From Candidatus Binatia bacterium (GTDB lineage Bacteria > Desulfobacterota > Binatia > UBA9968): a stretch of DNA of 64,000 bases. The notes under the pieces were generated by a model, which was not told the DNA's origin, did no database searches, and saw only the letters and a program-made list of their open reading frames with translations. The stretch spans positions 6,167 to 70,166 of the forward strand of contig DASYRN010000041.1 of assembly GCA_036004365.1 (NCBI GenBank). Direction: 5' to 3'. Positions 16,726 to 25,979 of this stretch are shown here, one piece after another; position 1 is the stretch's first letter, and every line of letters begins with the position of its first letter. The position numbers were made by a program, and so were the translations under genes.

Positions 16726-18751
16726 AGTCCGTTGTCTTGATCAACGGGAAGTGAAGATAAAAGGTCGTGCCACTCCCGCAGGTGCTCTCTACTTTGATTT
16801 CGCCACCATGGGCCTTGATGATGCGCTCGCAAATGGACAAGCCGAGGCCCATACCTTTCTTTTTCTTCGTGGTGAAGAAAGGGCGAAAGATATTGGCCAT
16901 GGCCTCCGGTTCAATCCCTATCCCAGTGTCAGACACGGCAATCATCAGCTTTTCTTCCGTAGCTTGGTCGGGAAAGAGCGCGGTCGCGCGGACAGTCAAT
17001 GTCCCTCCTCCCGGCATCGCCTCCGCCGCGTTAAAAAAGAGATTGATCAATACCTGTACCAACTGGTTACCGTCTGCGGAAATCAAGGGCAGGTTGGGTT
17101 GGATGTCCATCGTGACCTTGATTTGTGAATTTACCAAATGGCCCATCACAACTTGAATGCTGTTGCGGATAATGGTTTCAATATCCAGCAACGCCAGGTC
17201 GGCGTTAGCGGGACGGGCGAAATCCAAGAGATTTTGAATGATCTCGCTGCAACGGAGGGTTTCTTTCTCGACGATCGTTAAGGCCTGATGGTCAGGGTGA
17301 GAAGGTTTCATCTCGCTAAGAAAGTCCTGAATGTAGCCGAGAATGATCTGCAGTGGGTTGTTGAATTCATGGGCGATAGAGGCGGCAAGCTCGCCCATAG
17401 AAACCAACCGGTCCGACGCGATGAGCTGCTGTTCGAGTTCTTTGGCAAGGCTGCTTAGTTGAGCCTCGCGGTCCCGCAACTTCTCCTCTACTTGTCTGCG
17501 CTCAGCGATCTCGGCCTTGAGCGCCTGGTTCACGGCGCCCAGCTGGGAGGTGCGCTCTCGCACGCGTTCCTCTAGCTCCAGGTGGCTCTTTTCAAGCTCG
17601 ATCGCCTGTCTTTTGAGCTGCTCGTAGAGCCGGGAGTTGTGAATGGCGATGGCCGCTTGAGCTGCCAGGGAAGAAAGGAACTCGATCTCTTCCACGCTGA
17701 ATTCGTGTTCCTCCTTGGCGTACAAACACAAGATCCCTATGACCTCTTCCTTAATGATTAACGGAACGGCGAGATACGAGACCAAACTGTTCCTGCTGTA
17801 CAACTCAGGTCGCCTCACGGAGCGCGGATCTGTTTGAACATCGCGGACTACCAGCGGAGCTTTAGTTCGGATCACCTCCTCAGCCCGAGGACCAGGTGAG
17901 TGCCGTCCGTACCCCTTCCAATCCGTCTGCTCAATATTTCGACAGAGTAAATACTCCAGCTCCCTGGTTTCCCGGTCCAATAACCTGACCGTAGTTGCGG
18001 TCGAATAAGAGATAAAATGTTCGAGTTTTTCTAGCAGGAGGCCCAACACCGTCTGCAGATCTAAACTTGACGTAATCGCAACGTTGATATCCCGCAGCGC
18101 GCTGATGCGTTCGAGATTACTTTTACTTTGCTTTTCGGCCTTCTTATGCTCGGTGATATCGCGCAGCAGCCAGCGCAGCCCGGCGTAGCCTTGGCCGTCG
18201 AACATTCGAGATACGCTAAGGGCGGCGGGAAAAGATCTAACTTTTTCACGCGGGTTTAACGGGAACCACCACTCGCCATCCATGTCCTCTTTAACCAGAC
18301 GGTTTAGCAGTTGAAAAAAATTGGTGTGACTCTCTTCCATGAGGAAGGTGACCATGGGTTTGCCTACAAGATAGTCTTGACGGCAATTGAGCATGGTCGC
18401 CGCGACCTTGTTGGCTTCCCTGATATTTCCGGACGGATCGGTTATCAGATAGCCAGCCGGGGCGAATTCGAAAAGTTCGAGATATCTTTGTCGCTGGGCT
18501 TCGACTTCCTGCCGAGAAGTGGTTACTTGGTCCACAGATGCGCGCAACTCTTCCAGAGCGATGGAAAGTTCCGCTAGTGCCTCGTCAACTAAGGGTTGGG
18601 GTAAGGGTGACATCGCGCTACGCACATAAAGGTCTGCCAGGCGATTACGCGCCGCTTCCACTTCGCTAGCGAGCTTGTTTTCTTTTATATCGGCTTTCAT
18701 CTCCGTTTCTTTTCCTTCATGAAGATCGCTCTGAGGTGATTTCTTTTTCAT
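16709..18751 (-). CDS. Cytoplasmic sensor histidine kinase: coiled coil, PAS, GAF, HisKA, HATPase_c
   Basis: 680 aa. PAS-like FEFAPAGYLITDPSGNIREAN, GAF-like region, H-box SIAHEFNNPL, and N/G boxes NLFFNAAEA, DTGIGI, GMGLGLSI. Confidence 0.9.
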   Translation of the reverse strand: MKKKSPQSDLHEGKETEMKADIKENKLASEVEAARNRLADLYVRSAMSPLPQPLVDEALAELSIALEELRASVDQVTTSRQEVEAQRQRYLELFEFAPAGYLITDPSGNIREANKVAATMLNCRQDYLVGKPMVTFLMEESHTNFFQLLNRLVKEDMDGEWWFPLNPREKVRSFPAALSVSRMFDGQGYAGLRWLLRDITEHKKAEKQSKSNLERISALRDINVAITSSLDLQTVLGLLLEKLEHFISYSTATTVRLLDRETRELEYLLCRNIEQTDWKGYGRHSPGPRAEEVIRTKAPLVVRDVQTDPRSVRRPELYSRNSLVSYLAVPLIIKEEVIGILCLYAKEEHEFSVEEIEFLSSLAAQAAIAIHNSRLYEQLKRQAIELEKSHLELEERVRERTSQLGAVNQALKAEIAERRQVEEKLRDREAQLSSLAKELEQQLIASDRLVSMGELAASIAHEFNNPLQIILGYIQDFLSEMKPSHPDHQALTIVEKETLRCSEIIQNLLDFARPANADLALLDIETIIRNSIQVVMGHLVNSQIKVTMDIQPNLPLISADGNQLVQVLINLFFNAAEAMPGGGTLTVRATALFPDQATEEKLMIAVSDTGIGIEPEAMANIFRPFFTTKKKKGMGLGLSICERIIKAHGGEIKVESTCGSGTTFYLHFPLIKTTDYGSAA

Positions 18752-18794
18752 GCTTCACCTCCTCCACGATCAGAACGGCTCAATCATATGGCAG

Positions 18795-19106
18795 CTATTC
18801 CGGACCTTCCGTTGGCGCGTTTACGTTGTCGCTTAGCAATAGCTGCTGGATTAGCTGCGCCTGTTTTTCGCTTGTAACTTGCAGTGCTGTGCGCCGGCTT
18901 AGGCTATCAGCCATCAGGCTGCGGTGGCGAGGATCGAGATGTTGGATTACGACGATAGCGGCCGGAAATTGAGCCGGCAGGGCAGCCAGAACTTGACTTA
19001 ATGCTCTTAGGCCGCCGGCCGAAGCGGCTAGGGCCACAATATCGAAGGCGCCGTTGGTGACGGCGGAAGAGGTGTGAGATTCGCCGGAGAAGTTTTTCTC
19101 CGTCAT
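18795..19106 (-). pseudogene. Truncated CheB-type methylesterase fragment
   Basis: FDIVALAASAGGLRALSQVLAALPAQFPAAIVVIQHLDP matches the N-terminal third of the CheB catalytic domain (Ser and His regions). The ORF ends after about 100 aa, before the Asp-containing part. Confidence 0.55.
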
Positions 19107-19287
19107 GAGTCACCTCGCTGCCACTCCACCTCGTCTCTTATTCCTGCGGGAAGAAGCACAATACTTCTTCTCTATCACAAAGGTCAAGCAAATAAATGCC
19201 TGAAGAAAAGGACTTTGCCAGGACCTCCAATGAGCCGTCAGTTGAGGCCGGATCGACTCGGAGAGGAAAAGAGTAGCGGATGGGAGC

Positions 19288-19326
19288 AACAAAAAAGGAA
19301 GGGAGAGCCGACGCTCTCCCTTCCTT
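19288..19326 (-). terminator. Rho-independent terminator (reads on the minus strand)
   Basis: Perfect 14-bp stem (19295-19308 / 19313-19326) with a 4-nt loop, followed on the minus strand by TTTTTTGTT. It lies downstream of the 58-aa ORF. Confidence 0.7.
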
Positions 19327-19429
19327 CATGAAACGGCCAGTCTTTGCTCTTACTTTGTCACCGGAAGTGATCCCCCCGCGAGTCAGACTGACCGCCCCCA
19401 TAATTGTGCCATGGGGGTAATCTTCCGCT

Positions 19430-19606
19430 CTACCTTTTCTTACGCTTGGTGCGTCCTTTCTTCCTGCGCTGTTTCATCACCGTTCTGGCGGCCACCTCTT
19501 TGGCTCTCTTTCCGTAACGCCCGGACCTTTGGGCGCTTTTCTTGATAGGTTCATATTGGCGCTTCTCTTTAGTCGAAGCGCCGCGTAAACCTCTTCCCCG
19601 TGGCAT
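19430..19606 (-). CDS. 58-aa highly basic small protein (below the ORF-track length cut-off)
   Basis: My translation is MPRGRGLRGASTKEKRQYEPIKKSAQRSGRYGKRAKEVAARTVMKQRRKKGRTKRKKR. AGGA sits 5 nt before the ATG, and the terminator is downstream. It resembles small basic proteins often annotated as plasmid stabilization protein. Confidence 0.5.
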   Translation of the reverse strand: MPRGRGLRGASTKEKRQYEPIKKSAQRSGRYGKRAKEVAARTVMKQRRKKGRTKRKKR

Positions 19607-19627
19607 GTGATCCTACTTTGTTAGTAC

Positions 19628-19879
19628 CTACGCCGACCGGCCTGCTACGGCGCGATAGAGGAAAAGCAAGATAATCGATCCCGCTACGGCCATCAGAAAA
19701 CTGACGGGATCGCCCTCGCCATACATCCCAAGTGCACGCCCAACAAAGCCGCCAACCAACGCCCCGGCAATACCAAGTAGGATCGTGATGATAAAGCCGC
19801 CCGGATCACGCCCCGGCATAAGGAGTTTTCCGACGATGCCGACAATCAGACCAAAGAAGATCCAACCTATAATACTCAT
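19628..19879 (-). CDS. GlsB/YeaQ/YmgE-family (transglycosylase-associated) small membrane stress protein
   Basis: 83 aa. GWIFFGLIVGIVGKLLMPGRDPGGFIITILLGIAGALVGGF is typical of the family. Confidence 0.85.
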   Translation of the reverse strand: MSIIGWIFFGLIVGIVGKLLMPGRDPGGFIITILLGIAGALVGGFVGRALGMYGEGDPVSFLMAVAGSIILLFLYRAVAGRSA

Positions 19880-20346
19880 AAAATCCCCCTCCTTGTTTTA
19901 TTGTTAGAAGTTAAGTTCGCCTTCGAATCTCGATGGCTTAAACTAAAGGGTTCTTTATCTAACCCGTGCGTCGTGTCCTGTCATCTGCTGCTCCTGGTTT
20001 AAAGGTCTGAGTGTTCGGTTCGTCAGTCGAAGGCCGCGGCGGACTCGCATTTTCCCGACGTTCGCGTACCGCCTCCCGCATGGCCCGATTCTTCTTGCTT
20101 TTGTTTCGGCCATCTTTTTTCTTGCGCTGCCTTTTATTCGGCATGTTTGTATCAACCAGGCAAAAGCAGTGCCAATAAAGTTAGATCTGGTAAGTGCGTT
20201 AATTTTAATTTGATTCTTCAGAACGTCGCGTTGAGACAAATTTTATTGGAGGAATTTTCCGACAGAGAATAACAGAGCGGAGAAGGAAGTGGCCGATTGC
20301 TCGGGAAGCCCACCAGAGGCTCAATCACCAAGGCAGGAAACCACCC

Positions 20347-21006
20347 TCATGCGCCGGACTTCATTTTGAAGTGTTCCCATGCCCGTAGTGTCGACGCAGG
20401 CTTGAAGGTTCTCCGGGCAACTCTCTCAGCCTCGTCCCGACTGATATAATGCGGCTCTCCTAGTTTCATCGCCTCTCCCTGCAGGCCGGCTGACTCTTCG
20501 AGATAGAGGGCAAGGATGCAAACCTCCGGGATGGACTGGCCCACGACTACTGCACCATGGCCGCGCAGAATCACTGCCTTGGAAGGACCTAGAAGGCGGG
20601 CGATCTCGGCCGCCCGATCCGGACTCTCAACCTGTCCGGTCCGTTCGAAAAGGGGCACCCCCTCGTAAAAAATCACGCTGTAATTATGCATGGGCCTGAC
20701 CGTCTGGCCGACGACGCTCAGAAGAATCGTGTGAGGAGAGTGAAAATGGATTACGGACTTGACGTCCGGGCGAGCTTTGTAGATCGCTTGGTGGACCGAT
20801 GATTGGGGAACCTGTTTCTCAAAGTCGACCACGAAGAGCTCTTTCGCCTTCACCAAGGCGGGGCTCTTGCGCGGCATAAACAGCATCTGACTGCCGTCGA
20901 CACGCGCACTTAGGTGCGCAAAGGCATCGCTAAGCCCTTGATCCTCGATGATCCTCAACGCAGCGACGAAGTCTTTTTTCATGGCTTGCAGTTGGGCTTT
21001 GTTCAT
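20347..21006 (-). CDS. Class II aldolase/adducin-family protein
   Basis: 219 aa. AHLSARV...HFHSP...LRGHGAVVVG pattern. Confidence 0.75.
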   Translation of the reverse strand: MNKAQLQAMKKDFVAALRIIEDQGLSDAFAHLSARVDGSQMLFMPRKSPALVKAKELFVVDFEKQVPQSSVHQAIYKARPDVKSVIHFHSPHTILLSVVGQTVRPMHNYSVIFYEGVPLFERTGQVESPDRAAEIARLLGPSKAVILRGHGAVVVGQSIPEVCILALYLEESAGLQGEAMKLGEPHYISRDEAERVARRTFKPASTLRAWEHFKMKSGA

Positions 21007-21123
21007 GGCTTGCCTCCTATCACAGCCCTACGCTGACTGCTCCACCTCTATTATCGTAAAGCATGCATCAATGTCTATCCGTTTTCCTTGCAGCATTTCT
21101 GCTTCCCTGATATTTTTTTACTG

Positions 21124-23163
21124 ATGCAGGGCCAAAGAAGAGAAGGGGAGTTCCGCTTAGTATCCGACTTTAAGCCTCAAGGCGATCAGCCGGCGGCGAT
21201 CGAAAAGTTGGTTCGAGGAGTGAAGCAAGGAGGAAAGCATCAGGTTCTCTTAGGTGTGACCGGTTCCGGCAAGACGTTTACCATGGCGAATGTCATCGCC
21301 CAGATCCATAAACCTACGCTAGTCATCGCACCGAACAAAACTCTGGCGGCCCAGCTTTATAACGAGTTTAAAGAATTGTTCCCGGACAACGCGGTCCGCT
21401 ACTTTGTAAGTTACTATGATTACTACCAGCCGGAGGCCTATGTTCCTTCGACGGATACCTACATAGAGAAAGACGCCTCGATCAACGATGAGATCGACAA
21501 GCTGCGTCACTCCGCCACCAGGGCACTGCTCGAGCGTCGGGATGTGGTGATCGTGGCCAGCGTCTCGTGCATCTACGGCCTGGGCTCGCCGGAGGCGTAC
21601 TTCGACTTGATGGTTTATCTGGAAGAAGGGATGGAGGTCGACCGGGATCAGATCCTGCGCAAGCTTGTGGATATCCAGTACCAGAGAAATGACTATGATT
21701 TTCATCGGGGAACTTTTCGAGTAAGAGGGGACATCGTCGAAGTCTTCCCGGCATATGAAGATAGTTCGGCAGTGCGCCTCGAATTTTTCGGCGATCGCAT
21801 CGAAGGGCTTTTCGAGATCGACCCGATCCGAGGGAAAATGCAGCGCCGCGTGGATAAAGCAGCCATCTATCCTGCCAGTCACTATGTGACGACCGAGGAT
21901 CGAATGAAGCTCGCCATCCAAGGCATACGCAGCGAGCTTACAGAGCGGCTGCAGGAGCTGAGATCTCAAAACAAGCTCTTGGAGGCCCAAAGACTCGAGC
22001 AGAGGACGCTCTATGACCTCGAGCTTCTCGAAGAGATGGGGTTCTGTCCGGGCATAGAAAACTATTCCCGCCATCTCACGGGACGAAAACCCGGAGAGCC
22101 GCCGCCGACTCTCCTTAATTACTTTCCCAGCGATTTTCTCTTGTTCATCGACGAGAGCCACGTGGCTGTTCCGCAGATCGGTGGAATGTATCGGGGCGAC
22201 CGGGCGCGCAAGGAGACCTTGGTGGAGTACGGTTTCCGCCTACCTTCCGCTTTGGATAATCGCCCGTTGAGCTTTGAGGAGTTCGAGGCGGCCGTGAACC
22301 AAGTGATCTATGTCTCGGCGACTCCGGCGGACTACGAGGTCGAACAAAGCAAAGGGGTCGTTGTAGAACAGCTCATCCGGCCTACCGGACTCATAGACCC
22401 GGATGTGGCAGTACGGCCGGCACGGACCCAGGTCGATGATCTGCTCGAAGAGATCCGGAAGAGAAGAGAGCGGAGCGAAAGGGTTTTGGTTACGACTCTG
22501 ACGAAAAGGATGGCCGAAGATCTTACCGATTACTATCAGGATCTGGGCGTAAAGGTCCGGTACCTCCACTCGGACATAGAGACCCTTGAACGGGTTGAAA
22601 TTATTCGTGAGCTCAGGAAGGGAACCTTCGATGTGCTGGTCGGGATCAATCTGCTGCGCGAAGGATTGGATATTCCCGAAGTGTCTCTGGTGGCGATCTT
22701 GGATGCGGACAAAGAAGGCTTTCTCCGTTCGGCGCGTTCCCTCATCCAGACGATCGGGCGGGCGGCGCGGAATGTCAATGGAACTGTGATTCTTTATGCG
22801 GACAGCATTACAGATTCGATGAAGCGCGCCCTGGACGAGACGAATCGAAGACGCCGTCTCCAAGCGGATTTCAATGCGAAACATAGCATTACGCCGCAGA
22901 CAGTGGTGAAGTCTCTCGGCACTCCGCTCGTGGAAGTGTACGAGGCTGACTATGTGACTGTGCCGCTGGCAGCGGAACGGGCCGAGCGGTACGATCCGAG
23001 AGAAACTCCCCGCCTGATCGAGCGGCTTAGGAAAGAGATGAAGCAGGCTGCGGCCAATTTGGAATTCGAGAGAGCGGCAGAACTCCGCGACCGCATCCGC
23101 GGGATTGAAGAGCGGGAGTTGGGGCTAAAAAACCCTTTAATGGCTCGGGGAGCAGAGGGATGA
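21124..23163 (+). CDS. uvrB: Excinuclease ABC subunit B
   Basis: [29 protein letters not shown], helicase motifs, and a C-terminal UVR motif ([12 protein letters not shown]). Start set at ATG 21124. Confidence 0.95.
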   Translation: MQGQRREGEFRLVSDFKPQGDQPAAIEKLVRGVKQGGKHQVLLGVTGSGKTFTMANVIAQIHKPTLVIAPNKTLAAQLYNEFKELFPDNAVRYFVSYYDYYQPEAYVPSTDTYIEKDASINDEIDKLRHSATRALLERRDVVIVASVSCIYGLGSPEAYFDLMVYLEEGMEVDRDQILRKLVDIQYQRNDYDFHRGTFRVRGDIVEVFPAYEDSSAVRLEFFGDRIEGLFEIDPIRGKMQRRVDKAAIYPASHYVTTEDRMKLAIQGIRSELTERLQELRSQNKLLEAQRLEQRTLYDLELLEEMGFCPGIENYSRHLTGRKPGEPPPTLLNYFPSDFLLFIDESHVAVPQIGGMYRGDRARKETLVEYGFRLPSALDNRPLSFEEFEAAVNQVIYVSATPADYEVEQSKGVVVEQLIRPTGLIDPDVAVRPARTQVDDLLEEIRKRRERSERVLVTTLTKRMAEDLTDYYQDLGVKVRYLHSDIETLERVEIIRELRKGTFDVLVGINLLREGLDIPEVSLVAILDADKEGFLRSARSLIQTIGRAARNVNGTVILYADSITDSMKRALDETNRRRRLQADFNAKHSITPQTVVKSLGTPLVEVYEADYVTVPLAAERAERYDPRETPRLIERLRKEMKQAAANLEFERAAELRDRIRGIEERELGLKNPLMARGAEG

Positions 23164-23210
23164 AGACGGCTATCGGCAATCAGCGATCGGAGGTCAGTTG
23201 GGGCACGAAG

Positions 23211-23753
23211 ATGCGATTGGTAGCGGCGTTGCTTGTTGTTTTTGTGGGTTGTTCCCGTGCTCCGAGTGATGACCGGGAAGCGAGGAGTGCTGCGAGTGCT
23301 TTTTACGATATCTATATGAAGATTCGTCCATCCGGGGTTCCGATCAAAGAGCAACAGGATCAATTGAAGCCAGTCCTATCGAGCCGGCTGACCGCTCTTT
23401 TTTACGAGGCTTCTGTTGCGGAAGGGAGTAACTTAAAACCGGTAGAGGGCGAAGCTTCGCCGAAGATAGAGGGGGATCTATTCACCTCTTTGGATCAAGG
23501 AGCGTTGTCGTACAAAATACTACAATGCGAAAGCCAGAAGGCATCAGCCACATGCATCGTTGAACTAGGGAACATCGATGATCGTGATAATTCCAAGTTT
23601 ACCTGGAAGGATCGGTTATTCCTTGTTCGAGAGGGAAACCGGTGGGTCGTGGATGATATCGAGTACCTCGGAGAGCGGCAGTTTATGCATAAAGGCCATC
23701 TCAAAGATCTGCTGAGCAAGGTCATAGAGGAAGCGAAAAAGGAAGCGGGTTAG
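23211..23753 (+). CDS. Lipoprotein, DUF3828-like
   Basis: MRLVAALLVVFVGCS lipobox. AASAFYDIYMKIRPSG resembles the DUF3828 N-terminus. Confidence 0.55.
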   Translation: MRLVAALLVVFVGCSRAPSDDREARSAASAFYDIYMKIRPSGVPIKEQQDQLKPVLSSRLTALFYEASVAEGSNLKPVEGEASPKIEGDLFTSLDQGALSYKILQCESQKASATCIVELGNIDDRDNSKFTWKDRLFLVREGNRWVVDDIEYLGERQFMHKGHLKDLLSKVIEEAKKEAG

Positions 23754-23783
23754 CAATCCTCTATCTTCTATCCTCTCGATTTC

Positions 23784-24773
23784 CTATCTCTTATAAAGCT
23801 GCTTGATAAAGCCCGATGTCTCCAGCTCCTTAACGAGGCTCATGTCGACAAAGGCCTTGGGATCTGCGGCTGCGGCCTTGGGATTGCGCGGCGCCATATC
23901 GTCGAGCATCGTCTTGACCCCTTCTGGAGTAGGGTAAGGTACTTCGGGGAAAACCGCACTATAGTCTCTGTAGGCTCTTTCAAGCCCATCCGGGTCTGTG
24001 ATCCCTAAATTTTTGGCGAAGATGGCTTTGGCTGCCTCTTTGTCGCTTTTTATAAAATGGATCGCTTCTACCATGGAGCGCACAAGCTTCATCATAAGCG
24101 GCCTCTTTGTCTTCAGGATGGCCTCCCGCGTCAAGATACCATTCCACCAAAAGGGGATTTTCAACGAGCCGATGTCGAAGAGATTCCTAAAGCCCAATTT
24201 TTCGGCCTCGCGCACGAACGGCTCAGCAATGATGGTGAATTGGGTCACTCCCTTTGACAGAGAGGCGAATCTCTCCGGAGCGCCTCCCACGGGGATAATT
24301 TTCGTGTCTTTTTCTGGATCAATCCCTAACCTTCTAAGCGCGAGGCGCAAACCTAGGTCAGAGGTGCTCCCCAGGCGATTTACACCGCCGGTTTTTCCTT
24401 TTAGCTGCTCGACACTAGTGATGCCCGGCGCAGATACAATGTGGTCCACGAAAGTCGGAACCACACCCAAGATCATGACCGTGTCAGCCCCTGCCAGGCG
24501 GGAGCTGGTCAAGGTAGTCACGGAGATGCTCGCGGCATCAATCTCGCCGGCCAGAAGGGCTTGAAGGACGGTGGGACTGGCGCTGATAGCGATGATCTCA
24601 GGCTGCACACCCTGTTTTTGAAGTAATTTTTTCTCCTGAATCACCCAGATCGGGCTGTTGGTAGGACTGAATCCCGCCCACGCAAGCCGGAGTTTTTCTT
24701 GAGCGATGCTTGAAGTTCCATAACCGAAAAGCGTTGCTAAAACGACAATCGTCATCGTAAACTGCCTCAGCAT
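23784..24773 (-). CDS. Periplasmic solute-binding protein, NMT1/THI5-like, tandem copy 1
   Basis: Signal peptide from MLRQFTMTIVVLATLFG, with GGGAGAGG RBS upstream of ATG 24773. Collinear with the next gene. Confidence 0.8.
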   Translation of the reverse strand: MLRQFTMTIVVLATLFGYGTSSIAQEKLRLAWAGFSPTNSPIWVIQEKKLLQKQGVQPEIIAISASPTVLQALLAGEIDAASISVTTLTSSRLAGADTVMILGVVPTFVDHIVSAPGITSVEQLKGKTGGVNRLGSTSDLGLRLALRRLGIDPEKDTKIIPVGGAPERFASLSKGVTQFTIIAEPFVREAEKLGFRNLFDIGSLKIPFWWNGILTREAILKTKRPLMMKLVRSMVEAIHFIKSDKEAAKAIFAKNLGITDPDGLERAYRDYSAVFPEVPYPTPEGVKTMLDDMAPRNPKAAAADPKAFVDMSLVKELETSGFIKQLYKR

Positions 24774-24818
24774 GGTCCTACCTCTCCCTTCAGGCAAAGC
24801 TAACACTTTGGTTCCGAT

Positions 24819-25808
24819 CTACTTTTTATAGAGCTGTTTGATGAAGCCCGACGCTTCCAGCTCCCGGACCAGACCTTGGTCGATGAAGGCTTTCGGATCG
24901 GCTGCCGCAGCCTTGGGATCGCGCGGGGCGAGATCGTCAAGCAGGGTCTTAACGCCGTCGGGTGTAGGCAGCAGATTATCAGGGTAAACTGCAGTATAAG
25001 CCTGGTAGGCACGCTCCAGACCTTCGGGATCTGACATGCGCAAATTTTTGCCCCAAATAGCCTTGGCCTCTTCTTTATGGGTCTTGTTAAAATGGATCGC
25101 TTCGGTCATGGCACGGGCGAACTTAAGCAGGAGAGGCCGTTTCGCCTTGAGTATCGCTTCACGCGTAAGGACGCCGTTCCACCAGAATGGAATCTTGAGG
25201 GAGCCGATGTCGAAGAGATCCCTAAAGCCCAACTTTTCTGCCTCGCGCACAAACGGCTCCGGCATGATGGTGAACTGGATTACTCCCTTCGAAAGCGCGG
25301 CGAATCTTTCCGGGTTGCCTCCCGCCGTGATGATTTTGACCTCCTTTTCGGGATCCACGCCTAGTTTTTTTAGAGCGAGCCGGAGTCCCAGATCCGACGT
25401 GCTGCCGATGCGGTTCACTCCGCCGATTTTTCCTTTGACCTGCTCGATGCCGGTAATGTTTTGCGCCGATATGATGTGGTCAACAAAAGTGCGGACGACG
25501 CCTAGAATCATAACCGTGTCGGCTCCGGCCAGACGGGACGAGACCAGCGTCGTTACCGAGGTGATGGCGACATCGATTTCACCAGCCAGGAGAGCCTGGA
25601 GGGCGGTCGGGCTAGCGCTGATGCTAATAATCTCAGGTTGAACGCCTTGTTTTTGGAGCAGCTTTTTCTCCTGAACTACCCAAATGGGGCTGTTGGCCGG
25701 ACTGGCTCCGGCCCATGCGATGCGGATTTTTTCTTGCGCGGCGGCTGAACCTAGCGCGCTCAAAAATACCATCGCGCAAATTGTCGTCACTAACAGTCTC
25801 GTGAACAT
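24819..25808 (-). CDS. Periplasmic solute-binding protein, NMT1/THI5-like, tandem copy 2
   Basis: 329 aa with a signal peptide. Roughly three-quarters of residues are identical to copy 1 by eye. GAGGGG RBS. Confidence 0.85.
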   Translation of the reverse strand: MFTRLLVTTICAMVFLSALGSAAAQEKIRIAWAGASPANSPIWVVQEKKLLQKQGVQPEIISISASPTALQALLAGEIDVAITSVTTLVSSRLAGADTVMILGVVRTFVDHIISAQNITGIEQVKGKIGGVNRIGSTSDLGLRLALKKLGVDPEKEVKIITAGGNPERFAALSKGVIQFTIMPEPFVREAEKLGFRDLFDIGSLKIPFWWNGVLTREAILKAKRPLLLKFARAMTEAIHFNKTHKEEAKAIWGKNLRMSDPEGLERAYQAYTAVYPDNLLPTPDGVKTLLDDLAPRDPKAAAADPKAFIDQGLVRELEASGFIKQLYKK

Positions 25809-25871
25809 CGGAACCCCTCAGAGTCGCGGTCAAACTAACACTTTGCTCCGAACCCGGTCAAGGTTTCGGCT

Positions 25872-25899
25872 GTCAGTGGTCAGCGGTCAGCGCTCAGAG
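25872..25899. repeat. Four tandem heptamers: GTCAGTG GTCAGCG GTCAGCG CTCAGAG
   Basis: Read directly in the divergent intergenic region between the binding-protein gene (start 25808) and uvrC. Confidence 0.7.
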
Positions 25900-25915
25900 G
25901 CGATTGAACTTCCAA

Positions 25916-25943
25916 TTGCTCGTCGTCGAATTTGAGCTATAAT
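25916..25943 (+). promoter_or_regulatory. Candidate sigma-70 promoter for uvrC (TTGCTC-N16-TATAAT)
   Basis: Perfect -10 at 25938-25943 preceded by TGAGC. The -35 matches 4/6. It lies 36 nt upstream of ATG 25980. Confidence 0.45.
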
Positions 25944-25979
25944 TTGGAAGCGGATATCTGATTCTTAAAGATTAATCCT

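Noticed and set aside
19955-20239. Two overlapping minus-strand ORFs (61 aa basic; 94 aa)
   Set aside because: Neither has a Shine-Dalgarno sequence or a recognisable motif, so I cannot choose between frames. They are left unannotated.
21319-22884. Minus-strand ORFs of 280 aa and 214 aa
   Set aside because: They are antisense shadows inside uvrB.
23998-25641. Plus-strand ORFs of 188 aa and 201 aa opposite both NMT1-type genes
   Set aside because: They recur only because the two sense genes are paralogous. Composition is Ser/Arg/Pro-rich and they have no start context.
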